In this document: in pieces, positions 1 through 11,294 of the stretch
Layout: the number at the start of each line of letters is the position of its first letter
Numbering within the stretch: the first letter of the stretch is position 1
Assembly (NCBI GenBank): GCA_041391365.1
Contig: JAWKOC010000002.1
Location: 517,300 to 581,299, forward strand
From: Bdellovibrionota bacterium
GTDB lineage: Bacteria > Bdellovibrionota_G > JALEGL01 > JAGRMV01
DNA: 64,000 bases
Direction: 5' to 3'
Translations under genes and position numbers: made by a program
The notes under the pieces: model-generated
Seen by the model: the letters and a program-made list of their open reading frames with translations, nothing else
The model's database searches: none
What the model was told of the DNA's origin: nothing

Positions 1-179
1 ACGTATCTACAAAAATCACACCTTTGGACCGAAACTTTTCAACCACAGACTGGTTGTGTACAATTTCTTTTCGAACGTACAATGGAGTGCCATAGTGTTT
101 GAGGGCGAGATCCACGATATCGATGGCTCGAACCACACCGGCACAAAAACCTCTAGGAGTAGCAAGGAGTAATCTGGTC

Positions 180-1025
180 ATGGTTTGTACTCATAAAAGA
201 CTCTGTCATTTCTATCAAGCTCTTCTTGTGATGATTTTATGTTTTGTCACCTCCCTGTCTCATGCTGAACAAAATCATCAAACTCAGAAGATGCATCAAC
301 TTTTGGACCAAGCCACGCAAAAAGAAGGCTTCTCGCAGGAGGTTGATCAGTTGGTTTCTCTTCTGGAGCAGCAGAAAGCTCTTACAAAAGATCTGGCGAC
401 TTTGGTCGGAGACGCCAGCACCGACTGGAAAAAAAGATGGGTTGCGGCAGTTACCTTGGGCCATATCAAAGGTGAAACGGCCAAAAAAGCTCTTGTGGCC
501 TTGAAAGAAAGTCCCATTTATACGCTTCGGGAAGCTGCCTATCGGGGACTGATGAACTTTGAAGAAACGCAAGAATACAGAACCCAATGCTTGCAGGACG
601 GGGCTCTTCCCGTGCGATCCGCTTGCATTGATATGATCGTAGAAAAGAAAGAATCCGATTCAGTTTCTGCCCTGGCCCAAGCACTGTTTTCTCCGATCAA
701 TACGTACAAAGGACAAAGTTTGCCCATTCGTGAAAAACTGGTGTGGGCGATGGGGCAGCTTGGGGATCGGAGTGTGGCTCCAGATCTGATCAGAGTGTTC
801 TCAGAACAAGATAGCCTTCAGACCAAAGTTCTCAAAGAAAAAGCCTGTCAGGCCTTGGGGCAGATTTTCCCCATGGCAAGCCCGGCTCAGAAAACCAGCG
901 GAGTATGCTCGCAAGAATGGGAAAAATGGTATGAGGCTGCAGCCCAGTCGAATTCGAGTCTACCGAAGGTCCACTCTCAATTGTCTCGAAATCTCATCGA
1001 GGAGTTGATTTTCTTTGTTTCCTGA
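180..1025 (+). CDS. HEAT-repeat protein with an N-terminal signal-like segment (function unknown)
   Basis: Part of ORF 99..1025. HEAT/armadillo-like repeat text ([24 protein letters not shown]). The Met at 180 is preceded by AAGGAG and followed by a hydrophobic segment. The 3' end overlaps the convergent ORF 960..1475 by 66 nt. Confidence 0.45.
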   Translation: MVCTHKRLCHFYQALLVMILCFVTSLSHAEQNHQTQKMHQLLDQATQKEGFSQEVDQLVSLLEQQKALTKDLATLVGDASTDWKKRWVAAVTLGHIKGETAKKALVALKESPIYTLREAAYRGLMNFEETQEYRTQCLQDGALPVRSACIDMIVEKKESDSVSALAQALFSPINTYKGQSLPIREKLVWAMGQLGDRSVAPDLIRVFSEQDSLQTKVLKEKACQALGQIFPMASPAQKTSGVCSQEWEKWYEAAAQSNSSLPKVHSQLSRNLIEELIFFVS

Positions 1026-1475
1026 ACTTTTGGTCGGAATCCATTTGTAGAGAGATCCGTCGAAGTTGGATTCGGAAGAAATGGTATCGGTCAGATATTC
1101 TTCCTTGTTGATCACAGCCACTTTGACTTTGGTGCCGGCATTGACCATCTGAATCAAAAATTTGTACCGAATGGAGTAAGGGATCTTGGATTCTCCGTAG
1201 CCTGAATAGACCAAGTCGGATTTTCCGCTGGCCCAATCGGTGACGACGATTCCTTTTTCGCGACTCATTTCTGAAACCGCCAATCCCAAACGGTCGAGGG
1301 CTGATTTGGTAGAGTTCCAAACATTGTCATAATTCCACGCATAGATTCTTGCCGTTGTGGTGCTACGGGCATTTTCAATCAACGGCTCTTTGAATGATTT
1401 TGAAGTGGCACATGCAAACAAGGCCATTGAAAAAGTAGTGGTACACAAGAGTCGAAGAGTATGCTTGATCATCAT
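960..1475 (-). CDS. Lipoprotein of unknown function
   Basis: Part of ORF 960..1550. The internal Met gives MMIKHTLRLLCTTTFSMALFAC, a signal peptide with a lipobox Cys. No confident family match from sequence alone. Confidence 0.4.
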   Translation of the reverse strand: MMIKHTLRLLCTTTFSMALFACATSKSFKEPLIENARSTTTARIYAWNYDNVWNSTKSALDRLGLAVSEMSREKGIVVTDWASGKSDLVYSGYGESKIPYSIRYKFLIQMVNAGTKVKVAVINKEEYLTDTISSESNFDGSLYKWIPTKSSGNKENQLLDEISRQLRVDLR

Positions 1476-1571
1476 ACGATCGAGTATACTTGATTTAAAG
1501 CGAAAATCGAATTTCACGATTTCAAAAAATGTATGGTCACGAGGCTTCAAAGCTTGGTGGGCGTTATGCAG

Positions 1572-3225
1572 CTAGATTCCATATTTTTTTATTTTTTCAT
1601 GCAAGGTCGATTTTGCGATCCCAAGCTCTCGAGCCGATCGCGATTTGTTGCCACCGCACATCTGAAGAGACAAAGAAATGGTTTCCTTTTCGACTTGTTC
1701 AAGGGTTTTGGGTCCCTCACGATCGATATTGGAAAGGCTCAAGCTTTTGACGGTCAAGGGCTCGTATTCTGGGATGATCCGTGGATGCTCCATCAATTCG
1801 AGGCAAACGTGTTCAGCCTCGATCACAAACGATGTTCCGGAAAGAATCAAAGCTCGTTCCATCACATTTTTCAGCTCCCGAACATTGCCGGGCCAATTGT
1901 ATTCCTCCAAGGCTATCCAAGCTTTGTCGTCGAGCATTTTTTTGCTTTTGGCCCGAGTCAAGAACAGTTCAGCAAGCAGGCGGATGTCTGATTTTCGTTC
2001 TCGAAGGGGAGGGATGTACATGGGGATCACATGCAGACGATAAAATAAGTCTTCACGAAAACGCCCCTGCATCACTTCCGTTCGAAGATTTTTGTGGCTT
2101 GCGGCCACGATCCGTACATCCACATGCTTGGTTTCGGAGCTACCCACTTTTCGAATTTCCCCTGTTTCAAGGACGCGCAACAAACTGGTTTGCAAAGGCA
2201 GGGGGAAGCTCGGCCTCATCCAAAAACAGTGTTCCTTGATGTGCTTGTTCGAACAATCCGGTATGCGCACGATGTGCGGAGGTAAAAGCCCCTTTTTCAT
2301 GACCGAAAAGTTCCGACTCAATCAAATCTTTGGAAACGGCTCCGCAGTTGATGGCTACCCATGGATGTTCTTTGCGTCCACTCCATTCGTGGATGGCCTG
2401 TGCAAAAAGCTCTTTTCCACTGCCTGTTTCCCCCTGGAGCAATACCGTTGCGTTGCTTTTTTGCAAGGCTTTGATCAAGGAGAAATGTTTTTTCATGGTT
2501 CGGTCATCCGAAACAATCCCGCAGAATTCTTTTTGGTCGGCGGGCAGAATTTTTTTGGTTTTCTGATCAGAAAAAAAACGAAGTTCTTGTCTACCGATGC
2601 GGATTACATCTCCGTTGTCCAAATGGGCTTGCACAATTTTTTGTTGACCTACATGAGTGCCATTGGTGCTGGCCATGTCTTTGATGATGTATTTCCCTTC
2701 CTGGTTGATGATCTTGCAGTGGGTAAAAGAAATGTATGGGTCAAAAAGCACAATATCGTTGGATGGGGCCTGACCCAAGGTCACTTCTTCTTTCTCCAAA
2801 AAGAATTGGCGAAAAGGTGCAGCAATGGTTTCGAGCCAAGCATGTTGAAATGCGATTTCGTCGGATTTGGCCCGATATTCCAAAATTTTCGTAGGCTGAG
2901 TTGGATTCCGAATCAGCGTGACTTCTTCTCGATCATGGGAGAATGTTTCCAGTGTGAGAGTCCATGGACCCATCTCGATGCGGTCGTCTACATCCAGTTC
3001 TTGGTCTCGAAAGACACGTTTCCCATTGATGAAACTCCCATTTTTGGACAAATCTCGATAGATGAAGGCCTTGGGACCAGGAATGATCAATCCCTGATGT
3101 CTGGAAAGAAATGGGTCCATCAGGCATAGGTCGTTGGTTTTGTCTCGTCCAATCGTGATTTCATCTTTTCTAGGACGGTAATAAAAGAGGGTTTCTTTGT
3201 TTTTTTCAATTTTAAACAGGATCAT
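1572..3225 (-). CDS. Sigma-54-dependent transcriptional activator with two N-terminal FHA domains (apparent frameshift, probably a sequencing error)
   Basis: ORF 2167..3225 carries two FHA-like domains and the Walker A (GETGSGKE) and GAFTSA motifs. ORF 1572..2321 carries the rest of the AAA+ domain (LPLQTSLLRVLETGE) and a Fis-type HTH. The two ORFs overlap in different frames. Removing one C from the C5 run at about 2201..2205 (plus-strand G5) restores a continuous DEAELPLPLQTSLLRVLE. Confidence 0.8.
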
Positions 3226-3235
3226 GCATCTCTGA

Positions 3236-3254
3236 TTTGCATAAACAGTGCCGA
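3236..3254 (-). promoter_or_regulatory. Putative sigma-54 (-24/-12) promoter immediately upstream of the activator gene
   Basis: The minus strand reads cGGCACtgtttaTGCAa, with GG-N10-GC spacing matching the TGGCAC-N5-TTGC class. It lies about 11 nt upstream of the activator ATG at 3225, so the transcript would be nearly leaderless. Confidence 0.3.
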
Positions 3255-3320
3255 GGTTGATGCATCCGTGATCATGGAAAAGCTTGATCTTCCCATCAAG
3301 CTCAACTACATAAAATCACA

Positions 3321-3740
3321 GTGAAAAAGTTTTTTCTTTTTGTTTTGCCCCTTGCGTTGTTTGCCGTCCACTGGTCCTGTGGCAATGGCCCGGCCACAAC
3401 GTATCTGTCCGCTTTGGAAACGAATTCGTCCGTTTCTGGTACGGTTTGCAGTGTCAAGGTCACGTTGATCAATACCTCACCTGCGGTGTTGGCTCTGATT
3501 CATGGGGTGGCGCAGCTTCAAGACCAAAACAAGAATGAGGCTGTTTTTGATTTCAGTGACCAGGAACTCGCCCAATCTGCGAGTTTGCAAACCATCAGTG
3601 CAGGTACTCAGGTCACGGTAGATGTGGATCTGGATTTCGGAGGGACGGGGACCCAACTCCCAGCCCAAGGGATCATCACCTTTGTGGCCGTGAGTCAGGA
3701 AATTTTTGCTCATTTTGTCGGATCGTTAGACTGTTCCTAG
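3321..3740 (+). CDS. Small secreted protein of unknown function
   Basis: ORF with N-terminal signal peptide MKKFFLFVLPLALFAVHWSC. No recognisable domain. Confidence 0.45.
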   Translation: MKKFFLFVLPLALFAVHWSCGNGPATTYLSALETNSSVSGTVCSVKVTLINTSPAVLALIHGVAQLQDQNKNEAVFDFSDQELAQSASLQTISAGTQVTVDVDLDFGGTGTQLPAQGIITFVAVSQEIFAHFVGSLDCS

Positions 3741-3787
3741 GCCATTTGAGGCGCGCCCAAGAATGTTTGCCAAGAGTCAAAGAAGTC

Positions 3788-3816
3788 TTGACAAGGCCTC
3801 CACTTCCATCTAAAAA
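3788..3816 (+). promoter_or_regulatory. Putative sigma-70 promoter for rplM-rpsI
   Basis: TTGACA (3788..3793), a 17-nt spacer, then TAAAAA (3811..3816), about 30 nt upstream of the rplM start. Confidence 0.4.
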
Positions 3817-3846
3817 GCCGTCTTTACGATTTTATAGGTGAACATT

Positions 3847-4287
3847 ATGAGAGCTCGATCTTACGTACAGAAAAAAGAGGACGTTGTCCCACAATGGAAA
3901 GTGGTAGACGCCAAAGATCAGGTGGTCGGCCGCTTGGCATCCCAGATCGCCATCAGTTTGCGCGGAAAGGACAAAGCCTCCTTTACCCCTCATGTTGATG
4001 GAGGAGATTTTGTGGTTGTGATCAACGCAGACAAAATCCGATTCACAGGCAACAAACTCAATGCAAAAAATTACTATTCCTATTCAGGGTACAAAGGTGG
4101 TTTGAAAACGACATCTGCAAAAGATCAGTTGAAAAACAATCCTGAATTGGTCATCAAATCTGCTGTAAAAGGAATGCTTCCCAAAGGACCTTTGGGAAGA
4201 CAAATCATCAGCAAACTTAAAGTGTATGCGGGTGAAGATCATCCTCATCAAGCTCAACAACCGTCACCTTTGAAAGTAAATTTATAG
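3847..4287 (+). CDS. rplM: 50S ribosomal protein L13
   Basis: ORF 3838..4287. Conserved L13 sequence. ATG at 3847 is preceded by AGGTG. Confidence 0.93.
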   Translation: MRARSYVQKKEDVVPQWKVVDAKDQVVGRLASQIAISLRGKDKASFTPHVDGGDFVVVINADKIRFTGNKLNAKNYYSYSGYKGGLKTTSAKDQLKNNPELVIKSAVKGMLPKGPLGRQIISKLKVYAGEDHPHQAQQPSPLKVNL

Positions 4288-4300
4288 GAGTATCTGGTAC

Positions 4301-4699
4301 ATGCCAAAAGCACATTACAAATTCTCAGGGGTTGGAAAAAGAAAATCCTCCATTGCTCGTGTTTACATGAACAAAGGCAAAGGAACGATCACTGTCAATG
4401 GAAGAGAGTTCGAAGAATATTTTCCTACGCAATCCTTGCAAAAACAAGCGCTCAAACCATTGGAGCATATCAAACAAACAGGTCAATATGACATCCACAT
4501 CCGTGTTCTCGGTGGGGGTGTGAGTGGTCAGGCACAAGCTTCTGGTCATGGTATTGCACGTGCATTATTGACGGTAGATGATGAGATGAGAGCAAGTCTC
4601 AAACCCATGGGCTTTTTGACTCGTGACTCTCGAACCAAAGAAAGAAAGAAGTATGGACAGCCTGGTGCTCGGAAGAAGTTCCAATACTCCAAGCGATAA
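4301..4699 (+). CDS. rpsI: 30S ribosomal protein S9
   Basis: Conserved S9 sequence ending with the typical ...KKFQYSKR C-terminus. Lies 13 nt after rplM. Confidence 0.95.
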   Translation: MPKAHYKFSGVGKRKSSIARVYMNKGKGTITVNGREFEEYFPTQSLQKQALKPLEHIKQTGQYDIHIRVLGGGVSGQAQASGHGIARALLTVDDEMRASLKPMGFLTRDSRTKERKKYGQPGARKKFQYSKR

Positions 4700-4727
4700 T
4701 CTTTCTTTTCACACAATTTCAAAACAA

Positions 4728-4750
4728 GGGGCCTCGTGCCCCTTTTTTTT
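4728..4750 (+). terminator. Rho-independent terminator after rpsI
   Basis: GGGGC-ctcgt-GCCCC stem-loop followed by T8. Confidence 0.8.
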
Positions 4751-4834
4751 GTCCCCTATAAAAACTCTAAGAAAAGTTTGGCAGAAATTGCAACAAGTCG
4801 TGCAGTTTTGTTGGCCTTGGTTTATATCAACTAG

Positions 4835-6475
<1,641 letters not shown>

Positions 6476-6490
6476 GCTTTCGATCGAATA

Positions 6491-7546
6491 TTGAAGACGC
6501 CATGCTTGGCTCGTGCTATACAGCCAAGCATGCCCATTCCATTGAAACAAGTCGTCAAAGTTGGCGCGTATGTAACCAAACAACAAGCTATGCGAAATCA
6601 TCGATTTCCCCTGGTTCTCATGCTGGAGCCCCTGTTCCGATGCAATCTTGAGTGCGCGGGATGTGGAAAAATTCAGTTTCCCGAAGAAATTCTCAACAAA
6701 CACCTCACACCCCAACAGTGTTTTGATGCAGCTGAGGAATGTGGCGCACCTGTGGTTTCGATTGCAGGAGGAGAGCCTTTGATTCACCCTCAGATTGAAG
6801 AAATCACCAAAGGTCTCGTGGAGAGAAAAAAGTTTGTGTATTTGTGCACCAACGCAATCTTGTTGGAGAAAAAGATCCATCTGTTTGAACCTTCGGACTA
6901 TTTGACGTTTAGCATTCACATGGACGGTTTGGAAAAACGTCACGATGAATTGGTGTGCAGAGAAGGAGTGTTCACCAAGGCTATCAACGCCATCAAATTG
7001 GCCAAGAGTAAGGGTTTCCGAGTGACCACCAACACTACCGTGTTTGATGGTGAAAATCCGGAGGAATTGGCAGATTTGTTTGATTATCTTACCGATTTGG
7101 GTGTGGATGGAATGATGGTTTCTCCAGGATACTCTTATGAAAAAGCTCCGGATCAAGATCACTTTTTGAAACGAGAGAAAACGGCTGAGCTTTTTTCTCA
7201 GGTTTTTGCGCTTGGCAAAAAACGTGGAAAAAAATGGCCATTCAACCATTCCCCCTTTTTCCTCGATTTTCTGGAAGGAAAAATTGATTACGATTGCACT
7301 CCCTGGGGCAATCCAAACTACTCCATTTTTGGATGGCAAAAACCTTGTTATCTGTTTTCGGAAGGTTATGAGAAAAGTTTTGCTGATTTGATGGAAAATA
7401 CGAAATGGGACCAATATGGTCACCGCAGCCAAAATCCAAAATGCAAGGATTGTATGGTGCATTGTGGGTATGAACCCACTGCGGTCAAAGATTCGACCAG
7501 CAGTGTTTCCAACACGATGCGATCTCTGGTATCTGTTTTCAGATAG
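6491..7546 (+). CDS. Radical SAM protein, HpnH-like (hopanoid-biosynthesis-associated radical SAM family)
   Basis: [10 protein letters not shown] radical SAM motif. Strong resemblance throughout to HpnH, including the C-terminal CTPWGNP...GWQKPCYL...CMVHCGYE motifs. The true start may be the internal Met at 6530. Confidence 0.75.
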   Translation: MKTPCLARAIQPSMPIPLKQVVKVGAYVTKQQAMRNHRFPLVLMLEPLFRCNLECAGCGKIQFPEEILNKHLTPQQCFDAAEECGAPVVSIAGGEPLIHPQIEEITKGLVERKKFVYLCTNAILLEKKIHLFEPSDYLTFSIHMDGLEKRHDELVCREGVFTKAINAIKLAKSKGFRVTTNTTVFDGENPEELADLFDYLTDLGVDGMMVSPGYSYEKAPDQDHFLKREKTAELFSQVFALGKKRGKKWPFNHSPFFLDFLEGKIDYDCTPWGNPNYSIFGWQKPCYLFSEGYEKSFADLMENTKWDQYGHRSQNPKCKDCMVHCGYEPTAVKDSTSSVSNTMRSLVSVFR

Positions 7547-7768
7547 GAGAGGTCTTTTTTATCCAAGTTGCTTGTTTTTTCGATGTTTTTGAGCTCAATT
7601 TGTCGGTAAAAATGGTTACGTATTTTAAATGTTTTTGTGATTGTGCAAAAATCATGACAAAAATGCCTTTCTAAGTGTTCAAAATGATGAAGGTATTTGA
7701 CTTTTTTGCAATAGACTATTTACAAGCTGGCGGATAAAATGTTACTTTAGATCTGTACTTATCCCACC

Positions 7769-9214
7769 ATGGCACTAGAACTCAAACAAAGTTTAAAACT
7801 CTCTCAACAGCTGGTCATGACGCCTCAGTTGCAGCAGGCGATCAAGCTCCTGCAACTCAATCGTTTGGAACTTGCAGAGCAATGCCGCAATGAACTGATG
7901 GAAAATCCCATCCTCGAAGAATTTACGGATCAACAAGATGAGATGACGCGGTCCGAAGACCGTGAACACAAAATGGAAAAGGTCGAAAATCGAAATACCA
8001 AAGAGCTTGACCCTCAGTCCGGTTCTGGAACCGAGGACATCAATTGGGAGAATTATCTTAACAGTCAGTCTTCTCGTCCGGTGGAAAAAGGTTTTCGAGA
8101 CAACAATCCTGATCAGCCTTCGTTTGAGGCAAACCTGACTCGACACACAACTCTTTTTGACCATTTGCTCTGGCAGCTCAATTTGACCAAGCTCTCCGAA
8201 GAAGAAACAAGAATTGGAAATGAGATCATCGGAAATTTGGATGATCGAGGGTATTTGCTGGTTGGCTTGGATGAGATTGCAGCTCGCATGAAATGCTCGG
8301 ATCACCTTGTGGCTAAGGTACTCGACCACATCCAACGGTTTGATCCTGTAGGTGTAGGTGCACGCGATCTTCAGGAGTGTTTGCTGCTTCAGGTTCGACA
8401 TTTGGAGTCCGATCATCTGGTGGTCAAAATGTTACGCCATCATTTGGTGGATTTGGAAAAAAGACAATACAAAGCCATATCCAAGTCTTTGAAGGTTTCA
8501 GAAGATGAAGTGATCGAAGCCGTAAAATTCATTCAACGATTGGATCCAAAACCAGGTCGTCAATTCTACGATGAGAGCATGCAATACATTACTCCTGATA
8601 TTTATGTGTACATGGTCAACCATGAACCGGTGATTGCACAAAATGAAGATGGTCTCCCCAAACTGCGGGTCTCCAATTACTATCAAGATTTTTTGAGAGG
8701 GAAAAAAGTCAACGAACAAACGAAAGAATACATACAAGACAAGTTGCGTTCTGCCATTTGGTTGATTCGCTCGATTCATCAGCGTCAGAGAACAATCTAC
8801 AAAGTCACCGAATCCATTGTAAAAATTCAAAGAGATTTTCTGGAAAAAGGTGTCGGAGCTCTCAAACCTATGGTCCTTAAGGATGTTGCGGAAGACATTG
8901 GAATGCATGAATCTACGGTCAGTCGTGTCACCACCAACAAATACGTTCACACGCCTCAAGGTATTTTTGAATTGAAGTTTTTTTTCAACTCCAGCATCAA
9001 ACGCTTGCACGGTTCAGACATGGCTTCGGAAGCGGTCAAAGAAAAAATTCGAGCCATCGTGGCTTCTGAGGATCAGAAAAAGCCATACAGCGATCAAGAG
9101 CTTGTGGAGCTGCTCAGACAAAGCAACATTGATATTGCTCGTAGAACGGTAGCAAAATACAGAGAAATGATGGGAATTGAATCTTCGACACGAAGAAAAA
9201 ATGCAATTGCATAG
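7769..9214 (+). CDS. rpoN: RNA polymerase sigma-54 factor
   Basis: N-terminal MALELKQSLKLSQQLVMTPQLQQAIKLLQL, a C-terminal HTH, and the RpoN box ARRTVAKYRE. Confidence 0.95.
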   Translation: MALELKQSLKLSQQLVMTPQLQQAIKLLQLNRLELAEQCRNELMENPILEEFTDQQDEMTRSEDREHKMEKVENRNTKELDPQSGSGTEDINWENYLNSQSSRPVEKGFRDNNPDQPSFEANLTRHTTLFDHLLWQLNLTKLSEEETRIGNEIIGNLDDRGYLLVGLDEIAARMKCSDHLVAKVLDHIQRFDPVGVGARDLQECLLLQVRHLESDHLVVKMLRHHLVDLEKRQYKAISKSLKVSEDEVIEAVKFIQRLDPKPGRQFYDESMQYITPDIYVYMVNHEPVIAQNEDGLPKLRVSNYYQDFLRGKKVNEQTKEYIQDKLRSAIWLIRSIHQRQRTIYKVTESIVKIQRDFLEKGVGALKPMVLKDVAEDIGMHESTVSRVTTNKYVHTPQGIFELKFFFNSSIKRLHGSDMASEAVKEKIRAIVASEDQKKPYSDQELVELLRQSNIDIARRTVAKYREMMGIESSTRRKNAIA

Positions 9215-9296
9215 TTTTTTTTGAAAAACGAAACGTATATTTTTCTTGAAGAAATACGCAAGATTGTTACACAATAAAGATTGTGTAAAGGGGAGT

Positions 9297-9605
9297 ATGA
9301 TGAAAATAGAAATTACCTTCAAACAAATGGATTCCAGCGATTCCGTGAAATCTCACATCGAAGAAAAGATGTCCAAACTGGAGCGTTATGGTTTTCATGC
9401 GATGGCGGCTCATGTCACTTTTCATCATGAACGAAACCATCATCAAGCTGAAATTGATTTTTCCTCCAAGGAGATTCACGCCCGAGGGGAAGCAGCTCAT
9501 TCGGATGTTTATGGAGCTTTTGAAGAAGCTTTGGAAAAAGTGGAAAAAACACTTCGAAGATTCCACGACAAAAAAGTTCGAAATCGAGGAGATGCTCGAG
9601 CCTAA
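9297..9605 (+). CDS. hpf: Ribosome hibernation promoting factor / sigma-54 modulation protein
   Basis: ORF 9246..9605. Internal start MMKIEITF after AAGGGGAG. HPF/YfiA family sequence. Sits in the conserved position downstream of rpoN. Confidence 0.85.
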   Translation: MMKIEITFKQMDSSDSVKSHIEEKMSKLERYGFHAMAAHVTFHHERNHHQAEIDFSSKEIHARGEAAHSDVYGAFEEALEKVEKTLRRFHDKKVRNRGDARA

Positions 9606-9725
9606 CCCAAATCAAGTGGTGTATGCGGCCTTGATATAGATCTCATTGTCAAAATGAGAAAAACGATCTTACGAAAAAATGGGTTCAAAGCCGTTGTGTA
9701 AAGAACACAGGAACGAAAACGAAAC

Positions 9726-10181
9726 ATGTCCATTGCACAGCAGTTGCATAAAAACACAGTCTTTCCTGATTTAACTCAGGACACCAAAGATGCAGTGATT
9801 CAATTCATGGCGGAGCAGGCTCAACACGAGTCAGCAGAGCTGTCTGAAGTTCAGGATTTGTTTTCGAGAATCATGCAGCATGAAGCACAATCAAGTACAG
9901 CCATTGGAAATGGAATTGCCCTTCCCAATGTCAAAATAGAAGGACTTGCTGAGCAGAAACTTTTTCTGGGAAGAAGTCGGCTTGGGATTGATTTTGGAGC
10001 GGTGGACAACAAACCCGTTCACTTGATTTTTTTGTTGGTTTCTCCCAGTCAAGAACCGGAGAAACATTGCAAATCCATGGCAGGGATTTCCAAACTTCTA
10101 CACAACTCTCAATTTCGCGATCAGTTGATGAAAGCCAAAGATCAAGAGGAGATCATTTCTCTGGTTCAAAAATTTTCCTGA
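9726..10181 (+). CDS. ptsN: PTS IIA-like nitrogen regulatory protein (EIIA-Ntr)
   Basis: PTS EIIA type-2 domain (GNGIALPNV...HLIFLLVSP). Canonical position in the rpoN-hpf-ptsN-rapZ cluster. Confidence 0.85.
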   Translation: MSIAQQLHKNTVFPDLTQDTKDAVIQFMAEQAQHESAELSEVQDLFSRIMQHEAQSSTAIGNGIALPNVKIEGLAEQKLFLGRSRLGIDFGAVDNKPVHLIFLLVSPSQEPEKHCKSMAGISKLLHNSQFRDQLMKAKDQEEIISLVQKFS

Positions 10182-10199
10182 TCATGTAGGTTAGTGACC

Positions 10200-11063
10200 A
10201 TGAAAGTATTGCTGGTCACAGGACTGTCGGGTTCCGGAAAATCGACTGTTATCAAATGTCTGGAAGATCTAGGGTATTATTGTGTGGACAATTTACCCGT
10301 GCCGATGATCCCTAGTCTGCTCGATCTGCAAGGCGACTACTGGAAGGGTCAAGACCACCTTGCCTTGGTGGTGGATGCTCGTGACGTGGCCCATATTTCT
10401 CTGTTGCCCGAAGTGGTGGAGCAGCTTCGAAATCAAGGTCGATCCATTGAAATGTTGTTTTTGGAGGCTTCGGACGGTATTTTGCGTCAAAGGTTCAGCG
10501 AAACCAGAAGAAAACACCCTTTGTCGCCGAGCGGTTCGGTGGAGGAGGGTATTCGAGCCGAACGAACGTTGCTCGAACCTCTCAAAGAAATTTCTACCAG
10601 TCTCAATACCAGTGCATTCAACTATCCTGAATTGCGTGCCTTGGTCATGGAAAGATACGGGGGAAAGAAGTCATCCAAACATTTGTCGATCATCATTCAA
10701 TCTTTTGGATTTAAGTATGGCATCCCCTTGCATTCTGACCTTGTGTTTGATGTTCGTTTTTTGAGAAATCCTTATTTTCAGACCTCGCTGAGGTCTTTGA
10801 CCGGCAAAGACGAAAAGGTCAAAAGTTTTGTGTTGGAGCAAAAAGATGCTCAGATCTTTTTGAACAAGGTCAGAGAATTGTTGCAATTTTTGATCGGTTG
10901 CTACGAAAAAGAGGGCAAAAGCTACCTGCAAATTGCCATCGGATGTACGGGGGGCCAACATCGGTCGGTGGCCATTGCGGACTACCTTGCAAGCGTTCTT
11001 TCCGACATGAACTATCCTAGCACGGTCTCTCATCGCGAGATTGATCGAAATCGTACTCTCTAA
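10200..11063 (+). CDS. rapZ: RNase adapter protein RapZ (YhbJ-type P-loop NTPase)
   Basis: Walker A motif GLSGSGKST at the N-terminus. YhbJ family similarity along the full length. Confidence 0.85.
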   Translation: MKVLLVTGLSGSGKSTVIKCLEDLGYYCVDNLPVPMIPSLLDLQGDYWKGQDHLALVVDARDVAHISLLPEVVEQLRNQGRSIEMLFLEASDGILRQRFSETRRKHPLSPSGSVEEGIRAERTLLEPLKEISTSLNTSAFNYPELRALVMERYGGKKSSKHLSIIIQSFGFKYGIPLHSDLVFDVRFLRNPYFQTSLRSLTGKDEKVKSFVLEQKDAQIFLNKVRELLQFLIGCYEKEGKSYLQIAIGCTGGQHRSVAIADYLASVLSDMNYPSTVSHREIDRNRTL

Positions 11064-11294
11064 CTTTTCGTGGAGCAAAAGAACCTCTTTTGAGGTTGCG
11101 ACGGGAATTCTCCTTTGATCTTGTGGGCATTCATTTTCTTGTCATTTGATCTATGCAATGTTACTAGCCAAAACTTGTACTTTGCCTGAGTTCTACCCCG
11201 TCACGCAGGACAGGGAAACTCAAAACAATAAGGTGAAAAGCTTGTGTGTAAGGTTGCATGCAAGATCAGCAAAGGAACATAAGAAAGGACCATC

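Noticed and set aside
2092-3129. 345-aa ORF on the plus strand
   Set aside because: It is antisense to the conserved sigma-54 activator gene and has no motif. It is a shadow ORF.
11064-11294. SAM-I riboswitch upstream of metK
   Set aside because: The conserved SAM-I core elements (GGAGGGA...GCAACC, kink-turn) are absent. Only a weaker, unverified SAM-II-like possibility is kept as a low-interest finding.
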